From Minisyncoccota bacterium (GTDB lineage: Bacteria; Patescibacteriota; Minisyncoccia; Phycocordibacterales; UBA9973), in the NCBI GenBank assembly GCA_031413715.1, contig JANOFO010000010.1, forward strand, positions 302 through 64,301: a DNA stretch of 64,000 nt, given 5' to 3'. The position numbers and the translations under genes are program-made. A model generated the notes under the pieces. That model ran no database searches. It was not told where the DNA came from and saw only the letters and a list, made by a program, of their open reading frames with translations. Positions 8,941-18,549 of the stretch are shown piece by piece; position 1 is the first letter of the stretch; each line of letters opens with the position of its first letter.

Positions 8941-10686
8941 TTACCCATCATCAGCCCCAAGGGATGTTAGGGAGCAGAACATGCTGTTTTTACCGCCCTT
9001 CTTTGTGAAAAGCTGTGAGTCCTTAATCATCTCCTCAATGGCGGTCTTGAATGTGGAATGACCTGTTTTTGCACCAGTCTTTTCAACCAATTTCCATATC
9101 TCACTTTTGATTAAAGGTGTTGGCGATGCCTCTAATACTTGTTTAATAGCGACCTTCAACACTTCTTTCTTGCTCGTTTTTCCTTTGCTTCGTCCTCCAT
9201 ATTCAAAGTGCCCCTTAACGCTATCGGAGTGAAAGTTGACTACAAAAGGTTCCATTTCCTGCGCTTCTCGTAATTTATTTTGGTATATAACGACACTGGC
9301 ATCATTGCCTTTTCTATCAACTGCAAGATGACAATCAACCTGCGCAAGAATATCTGATGAGCCACGCATTTCTTGAGACGAGGTGCTAGTATCGTTTCCT
9401 TTCTTACGATGATGGTGTATGACGATGACAGCAATACCATGATTAGTAATTTCTTTTAGAAATTTCATCACTCCGCGCATTTCAGTTGCTGAATTTTCAT
9501 CTGCATTGTGAATGCAATTAAGAGCATCAAAAATGACAAGTTCAATGCTTTTACTTTTGGCATATTCAATGAGTTTTCCTACGCTCTCCTTTGTGAGCAT
9601 AAAATCTTTTTTTGAAGAGATAAAAATAGGCAGCTCTGCATTCTGTAAAAGCAACTTCGCTCTATCTTTCAAAATCCGTGGATGGTTCTCTTCATCAATA
9701 ATTAGCACTGGGCTTTGCCTAGTCTGAAATTCACCAAATACTTTTTCGCCCCCAGCTATCTTTAATGCAATATCCAGAGTAATAAAAGTCTTATAAGACC
9801 TCGGTACTCCAGAAATGATTGTGAGAGCTTCGTGTGGAATCAAACTCTCCACAAGCCACTCTGTATTTTTATATTCAGTCGTAACTAGCTGTGAAAGTGG
9901 TATTGCATCTATGCCACGGCTAGTTTTAGATTCGGTTTTTCCCGCTCTCTGTTTCAACTCTCGATTAGCGATACTGTTGAAGACTGTTTTTAATTCTTTC
10001 TCTGGAAGAGGTGGCTTATTATTTTGATTCCAGCGCTGCATACCAAACCACACCATCTCCCAAGTATCTTCTGGAAGATAGCCAAGCATTTTCCCTGCCA
10101 TCTGCGCCGATACCTCATTTCTACTTCCTTCCAGCACTGGGCTTTCGATGGTGGTTTTCCAGTCGGCAGGTTTTTCATTTTCTTCTTCAAGTACCCATTG
10201 TGGCAGGTCTGCAAAGCTAGAATCATCGGGAGAAATAATCCACTCGTAGTAATTTCCAGATTTGTGTAAGGACGGAGGCATTACTACATATCCGCCATCA
10301 GCGCGGATGTCTACTTTAGGTAAAATACCTCCTCTGGTTTTTACTTCTTTTCCTGGATGTTTATAAAAATAATGCGAACCACCTCGACCTGTTCGTGAGA
10401 CTACCGTAGGCGGTAATTCACGGGAGATACTTTCAGTAGTGTCTATATCCACAACAACAATTCCAGATATAGCGCCTGTAATAACTCCTATGTTTGCTTT
10501 TGGGAATTGCTTAAACCATTCCTCGATTTGTTCCTTTGAAGCACGGGTAGCTTGAAATGGCTTCCATTCTTTAATAAGTGGGGTTTTCCCAGCCCCTCTT
10601 ATTGGAATCACAGAGAATCCCAAGTCGTAATACCGTAGTGCAGCTATTAGGTTTTGGTTGTTATTTTCCATAAAATTATTTGGCAT
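8941..10686 (-). CDS. bifunctional primase-polymerase (Prim-Pol N-terminal domain) fused to a RecA-like AAA_25/DnaB-like ATPase; mobile-element replication protein
   Basis: N-terminal YYDLGFSVIPI...GK.P prim-pol motif; Walker A SGVPRSYKTFITLD and Walker B VLIIDEEN in the C-terminal half. Confidence 0.7.
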   Translation of the reverse strand: MPNNFMENNNQNLIAALRYYDLGFSVIPIRGAGKTPLIKEWKPFQATRASKEQIEEWFKQFPKANIGVITGAISGIVVVDIDTTESISRELPPTVVSRTGRGGSHYFYKHPGKEVKTRGGILPKVDIRADGGYVVMPPSLHKSGNYYEWIISPDDSSFADLPQWVLEEENEKPADWKTTIESPVLEGSRNEVSAQMAGKMLGYLPEDTWEMVWFGMQRWNQNNKPPLPEKELKTVFNSIANRELKQRAGKTESKTSRGIDAIPLSQLVTTEYKNTEWLVESLIPHEALTIISGVPRSYKTFITLDIALKIAGGEKVFGEFQTRQSPVLIIDEENHPRILKDRAKLLLQNAELPIFISSKKDFMLTKESVGKLIEYAKSKSIELVIFDALNCIHNADENSATEMRGVMKFLKEITNHGIAVIVIHHHRKKGNDTSTSSQEMRGSSDILAQVDCHLAVDRKGNDASVVIYQNKLREAQEMEPFVVNFHSDSVKGHFEYGGRSKGKTSKKEVLKVAIKQVLEASPTPLIKSEIWKLVEKTGAKTGHSTFKTAIEEMIKDSQLFTKKGGKNSMFCSLTSLGADDG

Positions 10687-10858
10687 TGTCTTTATTTGAT
10701 TCCTGATGGAGACGCAAATTTATTTTGGCGAGCGTAACGTAAAATGTTGCAAAGTCTTTTAGAAGTTTCTGTATCTCACTTTCAGAACGTCCCACAAATA
10801 CACCCGTCTCTTCAATAGGGATTCGCAGCTTCTCAAGTTGTTGAGCTGTGAATTCCAT
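10676..10858 (-). CDS. small hypothetical protein, translationally coupled to the primase gene
   Basis: Start taken at the internal Met (MEFTAQQ); the upstream part of the annotated ORF overlaps the preceding gene. Confidence 0.25.
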   Translation of the reverse strand: MEFTAQQLEKLRIPIEETGVFVGRSESEIQKLLKDFATFYVTLAKINLRLHQESNKDNAK

Positions 10859-10859
10859 A

Positions 10860-11102
10860 TTATTTGAGGGAATACAATCTATTTTTAAGCTGGCGAAAAT
10901 TTTGAAAAAGCGTTTGAATCGGAACATTAACAGCCTTGTCCTGCCAAAAGTCCTCAATCACTTTCTTGATGTCGTCAGTTGCGGAAAATACAAACTCGAC
11001 CCGCTTTTCGCTGGTTCGCTCCAAATCTAGCAACTCAAATTTGAGTGTGAGCAGCAAGGCTGCCAAGCCAGTGTCGCCGATGAATATCTTTGCGTTTTCC
11101 AT
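10860..11102 (-). CDS. small hypothetical protein
   Basis: ORF in a tight operon with the prim-pol gene. Confidence 0.3.
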   Translation of the reverse strand: MENAKIFIGDTGLAALLLTLKFELLDLERTSEKRVEFVFSATDDIKKVIEDFWQDKAVNVPIQTLFQNFRQLKNRLYSLK

Positions 11103-11254
11103 ACTGCGCCAGCATACTTTGGAGCAGGGTTAGGTTTATACATCAGCTTTGTGAGCCAATAAAAATAAATGATGGATAGCGTTACAGAAGAAAACAGAAA
11201 AATCCACCCATTTTAAGAGTGGCTAACTTTTTGCCTCATTGGGACTAACCCAAA

Positions 11255-11980
11255 TTAAGAGCGTATCACTAACATAAAACCATTTTGTGCCAGAATTTCG
11301 ATTGGTGCACCAATTTTTTTAATAGCATCTCTAAAATCTTGGACGGCATCTCTAACGCTTCGGTCAGTAGTGACTGGCTTATCGTCATATTCTTCGGAAT
11401 TTTTTACAAATTTACCTGCGATTGCCAGCTCCCAGATGGGTTTAAAAGCGCCTTCACGTCCAACAATTCCTTTTTTCTCTATCCGTCGAGCTTCCCACAA
11501 TAAGGCAAACATTTCCCCTCTACCTTTAGCTTTCTGGAATTTATGAAATTTATTACCGTGTGATATGCGACAAGCCTTTTTGTCAAAGAATACAGATACC
11601 TCATTTGTTACTGATTGACTTGTTTCTGGTACTGGCAATTTACTTTTATTTATCAAAATCTCATATACTTCAATATCCTCATCCGTCTGCGTATTTTCGC
11701 GTGCAACAATAAATTCTTTCTTTCCATCCTCTTTAATTTCAAATGTGCCCCAACAATACTTATATTTATTCAAAAAACCCTTCTCTTTAAGACGAAGTAA
11801 GGTGTTACGAGTATCAGGTAGGTCAAAATCTTTGGCGGTTAAGTGCTCAATGGGTACATAGAAAGGATTGGTTTTATAAGTGTGAAAATGCTCGGAAATA
11901 ATCCCCGTAAGCAGTGAGTCTTTTTCTTCGATACTCATCTCCATTTTCATAATTAAAGTCATTATATCAGAATATGCCAA
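11255..11980 (-). CDS. hypothetical protein, possible N-terminal winged-helix domain
   Basis: ORF; helix-rich N-terminus; no confident family. Confidence 0.35.
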   Translation of the reverse strand: MAYSDIMTLIMKMEMSIEEKDSLLTGIISEHFHTYKTNPFYVPIEHLTAKDFDLPDTRNTLLRLKEKGFLNKYKYCWGTFEIKEDGKKEFIVARENTQTDEDIEVYEILINKSKLPVPETSQSVTNEVSVFFDKKACRISHGNKFHKFQKAKGRGEMFALLWEARRIEKKGIVGREGAFKPIWELAIAGKFVKNSEEYDDKPVTTDRSVRDAVQDFRDAIKKIGAPIEILAQNGFMLVIRS

Positions 11981-12027
11981 TACTTGCCACAGGTGAATAA
12001 AAGAGCTACACTACAAAGGCATATCTT

Positions 12028-12222
12028 ATGAAAGAAGAAAAATACTTAACACTAAAACAAGCAGCCGAAAAATTGCATGTAAAGATGCGTACAATTTACC
12101 GTTATGTTGCCGAGAAAGAACTGCGCGCCACAAAAATCGGTTCTTGGAGAGTTGAGGAGAAAGACCTTCAGGATTTTATTGACTCCCGCTCAAACATTGG
12201 GCAACGTAAACGCTCCAAGTAG
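12028..12222 (+). CDS. excisionase-family / MerR-like HTH DNA-binding protein
   Basis: LTLKQAAEKLHVKMRTIYRYVAEKELRATKIGSWRVEEKDL is an HTH_17 excisionase-type helix-turn-helix. Confidence 0.6.
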   Translation: MKEEKYLTLKQAAEKLHVKMRTIYRYVAEKELRATKIGSWRVEEKDLQDFIDSRSNIGQRKRSK

Positions 12223-12228
12223 TCGTCT

Positions 12229-15200
12229 ATGAGTACATCACCCTACAATCGAGGTTCAGAATGGAGGAAGTGGGATTTGCAGATTCACACGCCTGCTTCC
12301 GCGCTAAATAACGGTTTCGGTTCAGACTGGGATACATACTTACAAAAACTCTTCAAAGCAGCAATAAAAGAAGACATTGCTGCGGTTGGTGTTACTGACT
12401 ATTTCCACATCGAGGGATACAAAAAGGTTAAATCTTACCTAGGTGACACCGCCAAGATGAAGGCACTATTTTCCGATGAAGAAAGAGAAGCCATTTCAAA
12501 AATACTTATTTTGCCGAACGTAGAGTTCAGACTCTTTCCAATAAATGGCAGCCGTCTAAATTTTCACGTCATATTTTCTGACACGGTTTCAGAGAGAGAT
12601 ATTGAAGATAATTTTCTTCATAACCTTCACTTCGTTCGGGAAGGTAAACCATTTGAGCCAGATGAAAAGAGCAAGCTTAAAATTGGCAACCTTGAGGAAC
12701 TTGGAAAAAAACTTAAAAGCGAGCATGAGCCTTTCCGAACAGACAGTGACCTATTCGTTGGAATGAAAAATGCCGTAGTTTCCGATGAAGAAATTTCAGA
12801 AGTATTGAGTGCAAGACCATCTGCCTTTGCAGGTAAATACGTGCTAGTAATGCCATGCGATGAGGACTTGAGCACTATTCCCTGGGATGGACAAGACCAC
12901 AACACCCGCAAGAAGATGGTACAAAAAACCAACTTCTTTCTCTCATCAAACAGGAATACTATCGACTGGGGTTTGGGCAAGAAACATGAAAATTCAGAAG
13001 ATTTCAAAAATGAATTCAAGTCTTATAAACCTTGTTTGTGGAGTTCTGATGCGCATGACTTTGATAAATTATTCAAACCCGATGAAAATCGTTTTTGTTG
13101 GGTAAAAGCTGACCCCACGTTTGCTGGTCTTCGCCAAATCATTAACGAACCTGAACAGAGAGCTTTCGTTGGAGAACAGCCCCCAAACTATAAGTATGAC
13201 CATCTAGTCATAGAAAAAATTAGTATCCCCACTTCAAATGGATGGTTTAGTGAAAATCTGGAATTGGAACTAAACAGAGACTTGGTAACCATTATTGGTG
13301 GCAGAGGTTCTGGTAAGTCCGCCCTAGCAGAGATGATTGCCTATGGAGGAGGAAGTTGGAGTGGAGGCGAAGAAGCCTTTGTTACGAAAGCCAGTGACCA
13401 CGCACAGGGTATTGAAGGTACGGAAATTACTCTTACCTGGAGTGATGGGCACACAACCACATTTCGTGTAGGCGAAAACCAGGGCGATGAGAAAAGTATT
13501 CGCTATCTTTCTCAAAACGAAATTGAAAGACTTTGCTCACATAAGAATAGTAAAGTTCTTCTTGAACAGATTGAAAGTGTTATTTTCCAAGCTTTGGATG
13601 AGACCGAACGAATGGGCACCTCATCATTTTCTGAACTCACTTCTAAAACCCTAAAGGGATTTAAATTAGAAAAGGAACAGGAAGTGAGAAAGATAAAATC
13701 TAGCGCAAATAATCTTGCATCACTACTCGAAGCAATACGACAGAAACCAGAAAAAGAGAGAACTCTTAAAGATAAAGATGTTGAGTTGAAAAAGCTCAAA
13801 AAGAGTCTCCCTGAACTTCCCGCAGAAGACAAGAAGGGTCAAGACGAACTTGCATCATTGTTATCATTAAAAACAAAGTTTGATGAGAAAATTATCGGAC
13901 TCCAAGCAAAAATTGCCGACCTTTCTGAAGTTACAACAAAGATAGGTCTTTTCCGTAGTGATGTAACGAAATTCGAGAAGGATGTAAATGTTTCAGTTAA
14001 AAAACTTCTCCCAGACTTTGGCTTATTCGCTGTGGGTCTCGATACTTCGAAGCTTGAAGGAGCAATAAAAAAAGAGAGCGGTGAAGTCGCTGACGCGCTA
14101 AAAGCATTGAAAGAGGGCGACAAAAATAAGAACGCTCAACTTTTGGGTATTGAAGTTGCAGAACTAGTATTTCCGAATGCCACAAAACTTGCAGAGGCAA
14201 TAAAGAAAAAACAGGAAGAAACTAAAGCTTCCGAGACTACTAAAATTAAGTACCAACAACAGAAAAAGACGATTGCTGAACTAGAAGCAGTAATAAAGTC
14301 ACTAGAAGTTGAAATAAAGAAAATCAATGAAGAAAGTCTGCCTGAAAGTGAAAAGGCAAAAGCTGATTGTGTAGAGGCTTATTGTGCATACATCGCTATT
14401 CTTGAACGAGAAAAGACAGAGCTTGAGAAACTTTATGAACCATTACAGAGAAATCTCCAGTCAGGTACAGAAACTAATAAGAGATTGGAATTTGAAGCAC
14501 GTCTTGATTTTGAGGTTGAGAATCATATCGAGAGAGGGTTAGGAATAATTGACCGTAATAAAAAAGGTAACTTTAAAGATAAACCAGCGTTAAAAGAAGC
14601 GTTAGAAAAATTCTGGAGCAATATCAAGAAGGATGGATTTTCCACCACAAAAATAAAGGAAGAGCTTGCCGTTCTTGATTCACAGTTTCAAGTTTATGAA
14701 GGTAAACCACGAGATGTTCAAGAACAACTACGTGCTGGCTACGGCGTGGGAGATTTCTATGAATGGTTATTTGACCCAACAAATGTAGATGTTGTCTCTA
14801 CAATCAATTTTGACAAAACAGACCTCTATCTTCTCTCACCTGGCAAGAAAGGAATCGTTCTACTTATTCTTTTCTTGCAAATAGATGGTGACGATACGCG
14901 CCCACTCATCATAGACCAGCCAGAAGAGAATCTAGACAATCTGTCTGTATACCAAGATTTGATTACTTTCTTCAAGGAAAGGAAGCTTTACCGTCAAATT
15001 TTTATTGTTACTCACAACCCTAACCTTGTAGTTAACACGGATGCAGAGCAAGTAATCGTAGCCAACTATAACGGCACTGGTACACCTCGCATTCAATACT
15101 CTGCTGGGTCACTTGAGAATCAAGCCGCTGAATTGCCAGGTGTTGAACTGGAAGATTTAGAGGACGGCATTATTGAGCAGGTCTGCAAAATTCTTGAAGG

Positions 15201-15267
15201 TGGAGAAACTGCGTTTGAAAGTCGTAAGAGGAAATACGAACTGTCAGTAAAAAGCTTCAAAAAGTAA
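12229..15267 (+). CDS. PHP-domain phosphoesterase fused to a coiled-coil ABC/SMC-like ATPase; Ppl-like candidate anti-phage protein
   Basis: PHP motifs WDLQIHTPAS, VGVTDYFH, NFHVIF, WSSDAHDF; Walker A GGRGSGKS; ~500 aa K/E-rich coiled coil; signature LSPGKKG, Walker B LIIDQPEENLD, H-loop VTHNP. Confidence 0.65.
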   Translation: MSTSPYNRGSEWRKWDLQIHTPASALNNGFGSDWDTYLQKLFKAAIKEDIAAVGVTDYFHIEGYKKVKSYLGDTAKMKALFSDEEREAISKILILPNVEFRLFPINGSRLNFHVIFSDTVSERDIEDNFLHNLHFVREGKPFEPDEKSKLKIGNLEELGKKLKSEHEPFRTDSDLFVGMKNAVVSDEEISEVLSARPSAFAGKYVLVMPCDEDLSTIPWDGQDHNTRKKMVQKTNFFLSSNRNTIDWGLGKKHENSEDFKNEFKSYKPCLWSSDAHDFDKLFKPDENRFCWVKADPTFAGLRQIINEPEQRAFVGEQPPNYKYDHLVIEKISIPTSNGWFSENLELELNRDLVTIIGGRGSGKSALAEMIAYGGGSWSGGEEAFVTKASDHAQGIEGTEITLTWSDGHTTTFRVGENQGDEKSIRYLSQNEIERLCSHKNSKVLLEQIESVIFQALDETERMGTSSFSELTSKTLKGFKLEKEQEVRKIKSSANNLASLLEAIRQKPEKERTLKDKDVELKKLKKSLPELPAEDKKGQDELASLLSLKTKFDEKIIGLQAKIADLSEVTTKIGLFRSDVTKFEKDVNVSVKKLLPDFGLFAVGLDTSKLEGAIKKESGEVADALKALKEGDKNKNAQLLGIEVAELVFPNATKLAEAIKKKQEETKASETTKIKYQQQKKTIAELEAVIKSLEVEIKKINEESLPESEKAKADCVEAYCAYIAILEREKTELEKLYEPLQRNLQSGTETNKRLEFEARLDFEVENHIERGLGIIDRNKKGNFKDKPALKEALEKFWSNIKKDGFSTTKIKEELAVLDSQFQVYEGKPRDVQEQLRAGYGVGDFYEWLFDPTNVDVVSTINFDKTDLYLLSPGKKGIVLLILFLQIDGDDTRPLIIDQPEENLDNLSVYQDLITFFKERKLYRQIFIVTHNPNLVVNTDAEQVIVANYNGTGTPRIQYSAGSLENQAAELPGVELEDLEDGIIEQVCKILEGGETAFESRKRKYELSVKSFKK

Positions 15268-15295
15268 GTCTGCTTTTAATGAAACATCTTTTTGA

Positions 15296-15324
15296 TTGAC
15301 ATATACCCCTAGGGGGTATATACT
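15296..15324 (+). promoter_or_regulatory. sigma70-like promoter (TTGACA-17-TATACT) with embedded CsoR-type operator palindrome ATATACCCCTAGGGGGTATAT
   Basis: Perfect 21-bp GC-tract palindrome at 15301-15321 sits exactly between the -35 and -10 hexamers; the csoR ATG is 8 nt after the -10. Confidence 0.55.
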
Positions 15325-15331
15325 CTTTGGT

Positions 15332-15607
15332 ATGAAATACTTAAACGAAAAAGATAAGGCAAAGATAATTCGCCGTCTTAAACTCATTGAGGGGCAAGTT
15401 CGTGGATTGCAAAAGTTAGTTGAGAATGACACCTACTGCATAGATGTCATCACCCAAACCTCTGCTGTAAAGCAGGGTCTTTCAGGCGTTGAGGATGTTC
15501 TTCTTGAAAACCATCTTGGTCATTGTGTGCGCCATCAAATGTCTTCAGGACAAGTTGATAAGGCGCAAGAAGAAGTGTTGAAAGTTTATAAGCTAAAGCG
15601 CAAATAA
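15332..15607 (+). CDS. csoR: CsoR/RcnR family copper-sensing transcriptional repressor
   Basis: [29 protein letters not shown]...HCVRH, a DUF156 metal-sensor fold; ATG at 15332 rather than the upstream TTG. Confidence 0.8.
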   Translation: MKYLNEKDKAKIIRRLKLIEGQVRGLQKLVENDTYCIDVITQTSAVKQGLSGVEDVLLENHLGHCVRHQMSSGQVDKAQEEVLKVYKLKRK

Positions 15608-15612
15608 ACATT

Positions 15613-17907
15613 ATGAGCCACACAGAGACTTACAAAATAAGAGGAATGCACTGTGCATCATGCGCGGGCATCATTGAAAAAACTCTCAAGAAAACGGATG
15701 GTGTCAGTTCTGTTGAAGCAAACTATGGAACCGAGGCTGCAAAGATTACTTTTGATGAATCAAAGACAAACCCACATCACCTTTCAGAAAAGATAGAGAA
15801 GTTAGGTTATTCACTTATTGTTCCTACTGCCGATGAAATGGGTATGTCTGCCAACGAGCACGCGGCACACCTTGGTTTGAATCAATCAAAGAAAGAAAAG
15901 TTAGCGGAACTTTCAGATATGAAAAATAAAGTCATATCGGTAATTCCTCTTACCATTTTTAGTATTTTCGTGATGGGCTGGGATATTCTTGCTCAATTTA
16001 ATATCGTTTCTGTCGCTCCTTATTTCTGGAGCGAGTTTTTTCACCACCTGTTGCCTCTGATGGCTACCTATACCTTGTTCGTAGTTGGTAAACCGTATCT
16101 TCTGGGTTTTTACCGATTCCTTCGCTATGGCAAAGCAAATATGGATACGCTCATTGGTATTGGTACATCGGTTGCGTATCTCTACAGTTTTATTGTTACC
16201 GCCTTTGAAGAATCGCTCCGACCATTCATCAGTGTTGAGCATACGTACTATGACGTTACGATTGTCGTTATAGCTTTTATTACTCTCGGCAAATATCTGG
16301 AGGCGCGTTCCAAAATTAAAACAGGAGACGCAATTGAAAAGCTCTTAAATCTTCAAGCAAAAACTGCTTTAGTCATACGTGATGGTAAAGAAGTGGAAGT
16401 ACCTATTGACCAGGTGGTTCACGGTGACTTGATTGTGGTTAAACCAGCAGGCAAAATCCCCGTTGATGGCGTACTTACAGAAGGCTCATCATACGTAGAT
16501 GAAGCAATGATTTCTGGGGAACCCGTCCCCGTGGAAAAGAATGTGGGAGACACTGTGGTCGCTGGAACCATCAATACCACTGGCTCATTCACTTTCAAAG
16601 CAACAAAAGTTGGTTCGGAGACACTTCTTGCAGGTATCATCAAAATGGTGGAAGAGGCTCAAGGAAGTCGAGCACCCATACAAGCATTAGCAGATAAAAT
16701 TTCAAGTGTCTTTGTTCCAGTTGTTTTAGTTCTTTCGTTCGTTGCACTCGGCTTATGGATTGCCATTGGAACCCAGTATTTTGGCTTCTCGCAGGCGTTT
16801 TCATACGGCTTGGTGTCGTTTGTGGGAATCCTTGTGATTGCTTGCCCCTGCGCTTTGGGACTTGCCACACCAACAGCAATCATAGTAGGGGTTGGTAAAG
16901 GCGCAAAGGAAGGTATCCTCATCAAAGATGCAGGGACACTGGAAAAACTCCATAAGGTAAATGTGTTGGTTGTAGACAAAACAGGAACCATTACGAAAGG
17001 AAAACCAGAATTAGTATCAATCCAAAACTCCTCTCAAAAAAGTGATGAGGAGCTGGTTTCGTTACTTGCCTCACTTGAAAAAAAGTCAGAGCATCCTATT
17101 GCTCACGCCGTAGTTTCTTATGCAAATGAAAAGAACATTCCTCTGGCATCTGTAAGTAATTTTGACGCTATTAAAGGCAAAGGCTTGAAAGGGATGATTG
17201 AAAACACAGAATACTACGCAGGCAATACGAAGCTCATACAAGACCTCAATCTTTCATTTGATGTTCGTACTCTTGAAAAAGAAACTATGGAAGGCAAAAC
17301 GCCCGTCATTCTTGCAACTAAAGAAAAAGTATTGGGTGTGGTGATGGTAGCTGATGCTATAAAACCAGAAGCGATTGAAGCGGTGTCACGTCTCCATAAG
17401 CTCGGAATTAAAGTAGTGATGCTTACAGGGGATAATAAAAACACAGCAGCGTATGTTGCAAACCAGGTTGGTATTGATGAAGTGATGGCGGAAGTGATGC
17501 CAGAAACAAAATTGAATAAAATCAAAGAGCTGCAATCGCAAGGCAAAATTGTTGCTATGGCAGGTGATGGAGTAAATGACGCTCCTGCTCTTGCCCAGGC
17601 TGATGTTGGTATCGCTATGGCAACGGGAACCGATGTAGCGATTGAAAGCGCAGGCATCACACTTCTTCATGGTGATATTTCAAAACTCGTCAAAGCTGTG
17701 AATCTCTCGAAAATGACAATGCGCGGTATTAAACAAAATCTTTTCTGGGCATTTATCTACAACATTGTGGGTATCCCGCTTGCGGGCGGATTATTCTTCC
17801 CGATTTTTGGATGGCTGCTGAATCCAGTATTTGCAGGTTTAGCGATGGCGTTTTCAAGCGTGTCAGTGGTCGGTAACTCGCTTCGCCTTAAAGCAAAGAA
17901 ATTATGA
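15613..17907 (+). CDS. copA: copper-translocating P1B-type ATPase CopA
   Basis: N-terminal [15 protein letters not shown] motif (ACPCALG), [13 protein letters not shown]. Confidence 0.9.
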   Translation: MSHTETYKIRGMHCASCAGIIEKTLKKTDGVSSVEANYGTEAAKITFDESKTNPHHLSEKIEKLGYSLIVPTADEMGMSANEHAAHLGLNQSKKEKLAELSDMKNKVISVIPLTIFSIFVMGWDILAQFNIVSVAPYFWSEFFHHLLPLMATYTLFVVGKPYLLGFYRFLRYGKANMDTLIGIGTSVAYLYSFIVTAFEESLRPFISVEHTYYDVTIVVIAFITLGKYLEARSKIKTGDAIEKLLNLQAKTALVIRDGKEVEVPIDQVVHGDLIVVKPAGKIPVDGVLTEGSSYVDEAMISGEPVPVEKNVGDTVVAGTINTTGSFTFKATKVGSETLLAGIIKMVEEAQGSRAPIQALADKISSVFVPVVLVLSFVALGLWIAIGTQYFGFSQAFSYGLVSFVGILVIACPCALGLATPTAIIVGVGKGAKEGILIKDAGTLEKLHKVNVLVVDKTGTITKGKPELVSIQNSSQKSDEELVSLLASLEKKSEHPIAHAVVSYANEKNIPLASVSNFDAIKGKGLKGMIENTEYYAGNTKLIQDLNLSFDVRTLEKETMEGKTPVILATKEKVLGVVMVADAIKPEAIEAVSRLHKLGIKVVMLTGDNKNTAAYVANQVGIDEVMAEVMPETKLNKIKELQSQGKIVAMAGDGVNDAPALAQADVGIAMATGTDVAIESAGITLLHGDISKLVKAVNLSKMTMRGIKQNLFWAFIYNIVGIPLAGGLFFPIFGWLLNPVFAGLAMAFSSVSVVGNSLRLKAKKL

Positions 17908-18296
17908 TTTCAAATAAATTAAAAACTATATTTGCGGTTTCTATACCAGTTTTCATAGCTCACGGAATAGAGGAGTATTTTACTGGTTTATATAATGTTG
18001 ATTCTTTCTATCAATCTTTTTCTAATCCCAAACTGGTATTTGTTATTATGGTTCTTCTTTTAGCAAATATGCTACTGATAGTTTCTTATTTTCTTGTCTT
18101 AAAAAACAAATGGGTGTTTGGATTATCAGTTTTACTTGGACTAGCCCTGATTTTTGAATTAGTTCACATTTACGAAGCTATCAAGATAGGGGGATATTAC
18201 TCTGGATTATATACCGCATTGATTTTTCCAATCGTAGGGTTTCTGCTTTGGAAAGAATTATTCAAACATTATAAAGGTCGGAAATTATTAGCTTAA
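17904..18296 (+). CDS. membrane protein (4 TM), unknown; part of the cop operon
   Basis: Hydrophobic ORF overlapping the copA stop. Confidence 0.35.
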   Translation: MISNKLKTIFAVSIPVFIAHGIEEYFTGLYNVDSFYQSFSNPKLVFVIMVLLLANMLLIVSYFLVLKNKWVFGLSVLLGLALIFELVHIYEAIKIGGYYSGLYTALIFPIVGFLLWKELFKHYKGRKLLA

Positions 18297-18309
18297 CTAA
18301 AAAATTATT

Positions 18310-18531
18310 ATGAAAATATCAAAAGTATTACATACCGTTAGTGTTATCGTTGGGTTCATTGGAGTAATTACATTTCTAGGGGCAATGTTGGGTGGAGCTG
18401 ACAATAGCGTATTTGGAGTTACAAAGATAGATGCTCTTTTCTGCACAGCAATTCTTATTCTGATTGCTATCTGGATGCAAGTCGCAACAATGCATCATAT
18501 GATGCTTGAAAAAAGAGGAGAAATTGTTTAG
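18310..18531 (+). CDS. small membrane protein
   Basis: Two TM helices. Confidence 0.3.
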   Translation: MKISKVLHTVSVIVGFIGVITFLGAMLGGADNSVFGVTKIDALFCTAILILIAIWMQVATMHHMMLEKRGEIV

Positions 18532-18549
18532 TCACACCACCACGAAACT

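Larger units (their letters stand above)
6625..15267. mobile_element. integrated element at the tRNA-Ser 3' end (serine recombinase, prim-pol/helicase, excisionase HTH, Ppl-like defense gene); distal boundary uncertain and may include the cop cluster out to ~19971
   Basis: Recombinase overlaps tRNA-Ser; replication/excision gene set; no long direct repeat found, as expected for serine recombinases. Confidence 0.4.

Noticed and set aside
15913-17670. Several minus-strand ORFs antisense to copA (15913-16242, 16419-16991, 17214-17670)
   Set aside because: They are fully contained within the well-supported CopA gene on the opposite strand.
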